Below, piece after piece: positions 59,171-64,000 of a stretch of 64,000 bases of DNA. The DNA lies in contig OZ252291.1 of the NCBI GenBank assembly GCA_965250155.1, forward strand, positions 1,804,024 to 1,868,023, given 5' to 3'. Source of the DNA: Gemmatimonadales bacterium (lineage in GTDB: Bacteria; Gemmatimonadota; Gemmatimonadetes; Gemmatimonadales; GWC2-71-9). The notes beneath the pieces are model-generated. The model worked only from the letters and a program-made list of their open reading frames with translations, had not been told where the DNA came from and did no database searches. Made by a program: the position numbers and the translations under genes. Numbering within the stretch: position 1 is the first letter of the stretch; each line of letters starts with the position of its first letter.

Positions 59171-62143
59171 GTGCTTCACCAACCACTCGCTGCCCAGCGC
59201 CGCGCCATCGAATCGGGGATGGGGCCCGTTCTGGTCATCGCAGGTCCCGGGGCGGGAAAGACCTTTTGCCTCATCGGCCGTGTCATCCACCTCATCACGA
59301 AAGAGGCGATGCCGCCGGAGCGCATCTGCGCGGTGACTTTCACCAACAAGGCGGCAGAGGAGATTGCCGCCCGACTCAAGCATACGTTGGGACCTCGGGC
59401 AGAAGACGTTACCCGAGGCACGCTTCACTCACTGTGCGTGACGATTTTGCGCGAGCATGGGGAATCCATCGGCCTGGCGCGAGGGTTCGGGATCGCAGAC
59501 GAGAGCTACCAGCAATCGGTCTTGCGGCGTATCCGCGTGTATTCCCGCAGGCGGTTCAATCTCCTGACTTTGTTCGGCCGCCACCGGCTTCAGCATCATC
59601 CGCTGTCTGCTGAGGACGAGACGGTGTTTCTGCGTTACAACGCAATCCTCACCCGCCGAAACATGCTCGACTTCGATGGCATCATAGCGCGCACTGCCGA
59701 ACTGTTTGAGAAGCACCCAGGAACAGCGCGTCTGGTGGCTTCTCGGTGGGACTACGTGCTAGTGGATGAGTTTCAGGACCTCAACCCAGCCCAGTACTTC
59801 ATCCTAAAGCAGCTGGTTCGAAACCACGGCAACTTTTTCGCTGTGGGCGACGAAGAGCAGTCGATTTTCTCGTGGACCGGTGCGGATCCGGAAATCCTCG
59901 TCCGGTTCCAGGACGACTTCGATATTCTGGAGCCGATTGTGCTGGACAGTAACCGCCGTTGCTCGCGGCAGATTTTCGCAGTGGCGCGAGCGCTCGTGGC
60001 GCAAAACCCGACCCTCTTCGACAAACATCTACGTGCTGAGAAAGAATCTCGTCACCTCGTGACCGCATATTCCTTTGAAGATGAAGCGGCGGAGAGTACG
60101 TGGCTCCTTTCCGATCTCCTTGCGGACCGCGAAAGCGACGGGGAAAGAACGTGGGGAGATTACGCTCTCCTCTACCGCCAGCATCGAGTCGGCGAGCAGC
60201 TCGAGCGGTGGCTGGTCCGCAATGGTATTCCGTGTCGCTTTGCAAGGGGGCGATCGTTGAGCGACGACAAGGTCATCAGATATGTCGTGGCTTCGTTGCG
60301 TCTGGTGAGCGTGCCGGACGATCCGATTGCCGTGGAGGTGTTCGCCGAGCAGGTGCTGCCGGATTCGTTGATAGCTCAGGTGCGCGCGGGGGGTGCGAGC
60401 GAAGAAAACCTGATCGCCACGATGCGCACATTTGCGCAGCAACGTCCCAAAGCCGATCCGGACGCGAAGAAAGCATGGAGGTTCATCTATCATGTCGAGA
60501 ACTTGGGGGCCCTCTACAAGGCGCACTCTACTCTCGGCGGCTTCGTGGAAGAACTCCTGGCGCAAAGGGTGGGCAAGTATCGCAACGCGCTCGAAGAGCG
60601 CCATGACGAGTTGAGCGATCCCGCGGGTCATCCTCAAGTAGTGAAGCTGGCCGAGCGGCTGATAGACGCCGTGGCCAGGAGTGCTCGCATCCAGATGAAA
60701 CCCCAGCGAGGATTGGAGATTGCGCTACGTGGCATGTTGGTGTCCGCCGGGATCTCAACGACGGTCGCTGGCATTGACGGCGACGTCGGACCTTCTGTTG
60801 ACGACATGGTGCTGCAGCCGGGAGAGGGCGGGCCCCTTGGCTCGGCGCTTTGTTTGTTCAAGGCCCTCCAGCTCATTCAGAGCCGCGATTTTGAAGAAGT
60901 GCTGGAGGATTACGTTGCTCTTGACCTGGAGACGACGGATAAAGACGTTTCAGAATGCGAGATAGTTGATATCGGTGCGGTCAAGGTGCGTGACGGAAAG
61001 GTGGTGGATCGGTTTCACTCACTTGTTTGTGCCGCGCGCCCCATTTCATCGGGGGCCCGCGCAGTTCATGGCTACTCTCAGGAGGACCTCAGTGGCGCAC
61101 CGGTGTTCGCCGACGTGTGGCCTAGAATCCGGGAGTTCGTGGGCGACGACATACTGGTGGCCCACAACGGGCAGAGATTCGATGTGCCGGTTCTCAGACG
61201 GGTCGTCGGCCCGTTAGGTGGGACGGGGACCATGGTCTTCTTCGACACCCTGCCCCTTGCACGTTCGTTGTACGAGGACAGTGCCCGCCTGACTGATCTC
61301 GCCGACCGGTTCGGCGTGAGCACGGGCCGGGCGCATCATGCCTTGGATGACGCAGAGACGCTTGCCGCGGTCTGCAGCCAGTTGGCCAAGCAAAAAGTGA
61401 TTCGGTCACGCAAGTCCACGCTCGTGAACTTGCTCGATTATCTCGGGCTCGGACTGGCGCTCGATTCGGAGCTAAGGAAGTCCGAAGAGCACAAGATTTT
61501 GGAAGAGATCGCCCGGCCCTTCGCGCTCGGCCGATTCTCGGACTGTCTCGAATTCTACCAAGCCGAGCGGGAACGAACTGGTGCGACGGCTGCTCCCACG
61601 GTAGAGGAGTTGATCAGGCGCCTTGGAGGCAAGGAGCTGATGGACAAGATACGAACGACCAAGGATGCCGCGCAGCGGTATCCCGTGGCAATGGCGCGGC
61701 TGCAAGCACTTATTGACGCTAGCGAGGCCGAATCGCTGGATGAGAGCGTTCGATCTTTTCTCGAACGAGTTGCGCTCTCGACATCGCAAGGTGCAGAAGT
61801 CGATCCGCACCGCGTCAATCTGCTCACTCTCCACTCCACCAAAGGACTGGAATTCTCGCGTGTGTACGTGATTGGTGTGGAGGATTATCAAATACCGGGC
61901 TATTACGCCGTTAAAGAGAATCGTCAGTCGGAGATTGAAGAGGCGCGACGGTTGCTGTACGTGGGTATGACGCGGGCTGAAGATCGCCTGGTACTCACGA
62001 GAGTTGACCGGCGGAGCGGTATCGAGTCTGGGGGAAGTCGTTTCCTCGAAGAAATGGGGATCGATCCTACGAGAATTACTGCTCCTCGAGCGGGTGTGGA
62101 GCGGACGGAGCAGGGGAGCGAGGAAGGCCAGGGGGACCGGTGA
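59171..62143 (+). CDS. UvrD/PcrA-type SF1 helicase with an inserted DEDDh (DnaQ-like) 3'-5' exonuclease domain
   Basis: VIAGPGAGKTFCL, VLVDEFQDLNPAQ, VGDEEQSIFSW, then YVALDLETTD / AHNGQRFDVPVL / HHALDDAETLA (Exo I-III), then LTLHSTKGLEFSRVYV and LLYVGMTRAEDRL. The GTG start abuts the MATE stop. Confidence 0.8.
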   Translation: MLHQPLAAQRRAIESGMGPVLVIAGPGAGKTFCLIGRVIHLITKEAMPPERICAVTFTNKAAEEIAARLKHTLGPRAEDVTRGTLHSLCVTILREHGESIGLARGFGIADESYQQSVLRRIRVYSRRRFNLLTLFGRHRLQHHPLSAEDETVFLRYNAILTRRNMLDFDGIIARTAELFEKHPGTARLVASRWDYVLVDEFQDLNPAQYFILKQLVRNHGNFFAVGDEEQSIFSWTGADPEILVRFQDDFDILEPIVLDSNRRCSRQIFAVARALVAQNPTLFDKHLRAEKESRHLVTAYSFEDEAAESTWLLSDLLADRESDGERTWGDYALLYRQHRVGEQLERWLVRNGIPCRFARGRSLSDDKVIRYVVASLRLVSVPDDPIAVEVFAEQVLPDSLIAQVRAGGASEENLIATMRTFAQQRPKADPDAKKAWRFIYHVENLGALYKAHSTLGGFVEELLAQRVGKYRNALEERHDELSDPAGHPQVVKLAERLIDAVARSARIQMKPQRGLEIALRGMLVSAGISTTVAGIDGDVGPSVDDMVLQPGEGGPLGSALCLFKALQLIQSRDFEEVLEDYVALDLETTDKDVSECEIVDIGAVKVRDGKVVDRFHSLVCAARPISSGARAVHGYSQEDLSGAPVFADVWPRIREFVGDDILVAHNGQRFDVPVLRRVVGPLGGTGTMVFFDTLPLARSLYEDSARLTDLADRFGVSTGRAHHALDDAETLAAVCSQLAKQKVIRSRKSTLVNLLDYLGLGLALDSELRKSEEHKILEEIARPFALGRFSDCLEFYQAERERTGATAAPTVEELIRRLGGKELMDKIRTTKDAAQRYPVAMARLQALIDASEAESLDESVRSFLERVALSTSQGAEVDPHRVNLLTLHSTKGLEFSRVYVIGVEDYQIPGYYAVKENRQSEIEEARRLLYVGMTRAEDRLVLTRVDRRSGIESGGSRFLEEMGIDPTRITAPRAGVERTEQGSEEGQGDR

Positions 62144-62156
62144 GTGCCGCGCTCGT

Positions 62157-62189
62157 GCCGGCAGTCACTGCCTCCAACTGGCTGCCGGC
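62157..62189. terminator. hairpin between convergent genes (possible bidirectional terminator)
   Basis: GCCGGCAG-N17-CTGCCGGC. No U-tract on either side. Confidence 0.35.
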
Positions 62190-62192
62190 TCC

Positions 62193-63086
62193 CTACTGTC
62201 CGCTAGCACTCACTTCCAGCAGATGTCGTAGCCCGGCTCCCTCGAGCGTTTCTCGCTGAACACGAGCGGCAGTTTTGTTGATCCGTCTGACGCCGTCGCC
62301 CATCCGGTCCACGACGGTTCGCAGCGGCCGCCGCCCCGCTGGCGTCTCGACCAGACCTACTATGGTGTCGGCTACGTCCTGGGGGTCCGGAGCTTCATCG
62401 CTGGCCACGAAGGCCTCGAGGCCACCGAGGACTTGTGCTTCGAGTTCGGCCAGAGGCGCATACTCCGCCCGGCGATCTCGGTCGGCCGGTACGACCTTGT
62501 TCCGGAATACCGAGGTCGGAAACGCGCCCGGCTCGATGATGACGGAGTCGATGCCCAGCGTGGCGAGTTCGTAACGGTAACCTTCGGCGAACGTCTCGAG
62601 TGCACTCTTGGTCGCTGCATATGGCACACTGAATGGAAAGGGCGTGCGTGCGGCGACGCTCGACACGTGCACCAGCAGGCCCGATCCCTTCTCTCGCATG
62701 TGGGGTAGCACGGCGCGATTGACGCGCAAGGCGCCATACACGTTGGTATCGAAAATTTGGTGAATCTGCTCCACGGGATATGCCTCGAGGGAGCCCCCGG
62801 TGAAGACACCAGCATTGTTCACGACAACGTCCAATTGGTCGGTTTCCTGAAAAAGCGCGTCAATAGCAGCTCCCACCGACGTGTCATCTGTCACGTCCAT
62901 CTCGAGCGGCTCGATCGTACCCGACAGAGACCCGGCGAGTTCGCGTAGCTGGCTGGAGCAGGCGGCGTTTCTATCGTCCATGCTCCGCATGGCAGCGAAC
63001 ACGGTGTGCCCGCGGCGGGCGAGTGCTTCACCGGTGAGACGGCCGAACCCGCTGCTGCTGCCGGTAACGAGAATCGTCTGTTGCAT
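62193..63086 (-). CDS. short-chain dehydrogenase/reductase (SDR)
   Basis: ILVTGSSSGFGRLT (TGxxxGxG), NNAG, YAATK. Confidence 0.85.
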   Translation of the reverse strand: MQQTILVTGSSSGFGRLTGEALARRGHTVFAAMRSMDDRNAACSSQLRELAGSLSGTIEPLEMDVTDDTSVGAAIDALFQETDQLDVVVNNAGVFTGGSLEAYPVEQIHQIFDTNVYGALRVNRAVLPHMREKGSGLLVHVSSVAARTPFPFSVPYAATKSALETFAEGYRYELATLGIDSVIIEPGAFPTSVFRNKVVPADRDRRAEYAPLAELEAQVLGGLEAFVASDEAPDPQDVADTIVGLVETPAGRRPLRTVVDRMGDGVRRINKTAARVQRETLEGAGLRHLLEVSASGQ

Positions 63087-63195
63087 GATGGCCCCCGTTC
63101 CTTACGTGACCGGCCGCGCCCAACAGCGTGCGCTACGGTGCGGGGTAAGCGGCCCCCGCACGGCAACGAAAGGGATGTGAGACTCGAAGGTACGG

Positions 63196-64000
63196 CTAGA
63201 CTATATGACTAGCCATGTCGTCCACTGGGAACAGGCTAGGTGAGTCGGGCGGCACGGCCTCACAGAAGAAATGACCCTGTGCACGTTCGCAGCCCAACTC
63301 ACGGAGCTTCGCTAGTTGGTCCGCGGTTTCGACGCCTTCGGCGATTATCTGCATGCCGAGTTCGTGGGCGAGGGCGGCGATCGACCGAACGATCTCTACG
63401 TTCTTTTGGTCGCTCAGCATGTCACGGATGAAGGAGCCGTCGATTTTGAGCGTGTCTATCGGGAAGCGGTGGAGATAGCTCAGCGACGAGTACCCCGTTC
63501 CGAAATCGTCGATCTGTAGTTGGACGCCCACCGACCGCAGCTGTTCGAGCATCTCCGCGGCAGATGCAGCGTTATCCATGACGACACTCTCGGTGATCTC
63601 CAGCCCCAGTCGGTTCGGCTCGAGTCCGACGCGGTCGAGGGTGGCGCGTAGGTTCTCCACGAGGTCAGGGTGCCGGAATTGGCGTCCAGACAGGTTGACG
63701 TGCATCGAGACCAGTCGATCGGCCGGTAGATTCGGCAACCACTCCTTCATCTGGCGGCAGGCCGTTTCCAGAATCCAGTTTCCGATCGGTATCACGAGCC
63801 CGGTTCCTTCGGCGATCGGTACGAAAATGCCTGGGGGGACCATGCCACGCTCTGGGTGTCTCCAGCGCACGAGAGCTTCGAAGGCTACAATGCTTCCGTC
63901 TGAGATGGAGACGATAGGTTGGTAGTAGACGCTGAGTTCGCCACGATCGAGAGCTCCGCGCAAATCGGTCTCCAATTCGAGGCGAAAGAGCATGTGATGC
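63196..64000 (-). CDS. EAL-domain cyclic-di-GMP phosphodiesterase, N-terminus outside the window
   Basis: [44 protein letters not shown]. The frame is still open at nt 64000. Confidence 0.8.
   Translation of the reverse strand, partial: HHMLFRLELETDLRGALDRGELSVYYQPIVSISDGSIVAFEALVRWRHPERGMVPPGIFVPIAEGTGLVIPIGNWILETACRQMKEWLPNLPADRLVSMHVNLSGRQFRHPDLVENLRATLDRVGLEPNRLGLEITESVVMDNAASAAEMLEQLRSVGVQLQIDDFGTGYSSLSYLHRFPIDTLKIDGSFIRDMLSDQKNVEIVRSIAALAHELGMQIIAEGVETADQLAKLRELGCERAQGHFFCEAVPPDSPSLFPVDDMASHIV

Overview
GC-rich bacterial chromosomal window; real genes carry many long GC-driven shadow ORFs on the opposite strand. Taxon guess (inference only): Gemmatimonadota-like or FCB-group organism, based on the SusC/SusD pair, TAT-signal hydrolases and a kinase N-terminal stump of the 'ALSDRYAIE.EL' type.
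Layout:
- 0-2.4 kb: secreted choice-of-anchor-B-like protein and a porin-like OMP.
- 2.5-5.3 kb: small accessory patch with a PC4-like ssDNA-binding protein, an AT-rich secreted protein, a membrane-protein gene flanked by an 85-bp direct repeat, and a flavodoxin-like reductase.
- 5.66-6.32 kb: a 221-aa gasdermin-like candidate whose 3' end is duplicated 16 kb downstream.
- 6.4-22.2 kb: defence island. It holds a Type III-like res-mod operon coupled to an SF1 helicase with a RelE-fold N-domain, two PD-(D/E)xK genes, XRE-ImmA/IrrE plus PIN, a DUF2779 nuclease, AbiEi/AbiEii with an apparent internal deletion, and an hsdR stump.
- 22.4-24.1 kb: Smr and VapBC.
- 24.2-27.2 kb: K+ channel and a saccharopine-dehydrogenase-like gene.
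- 27.3-40.1 kb: SusC/SusD-centred peptide-utilisation-like locus (amidohydrolase, two TAT-signal M29/NicX-like paralogs, M14 peptidase), interrupted by an IS21 fragment and a dead DUF3592 gene.
- 40.7-44.1 kb: glnA and a Na+/solute symporter.
- 44.2-47.5 kb: patch of gene fragments (3 x 19-bp tandem repeat, kinase stump, IS1595-type transposase stump, ankyrin/GHKL chimera).
- 47.5-64 kb: mostly metabolic and housekeeping genes, including a UvrD helicase with an inserted DEDDh exonuclease.
No rRNA, intact tRNA or CRISPR array was seen. Seven apparent frameshifts all sit in short homopolymers, so several split genes are probably assembly artefacts. All product calls come from motif recognition by eye; no searches were run.
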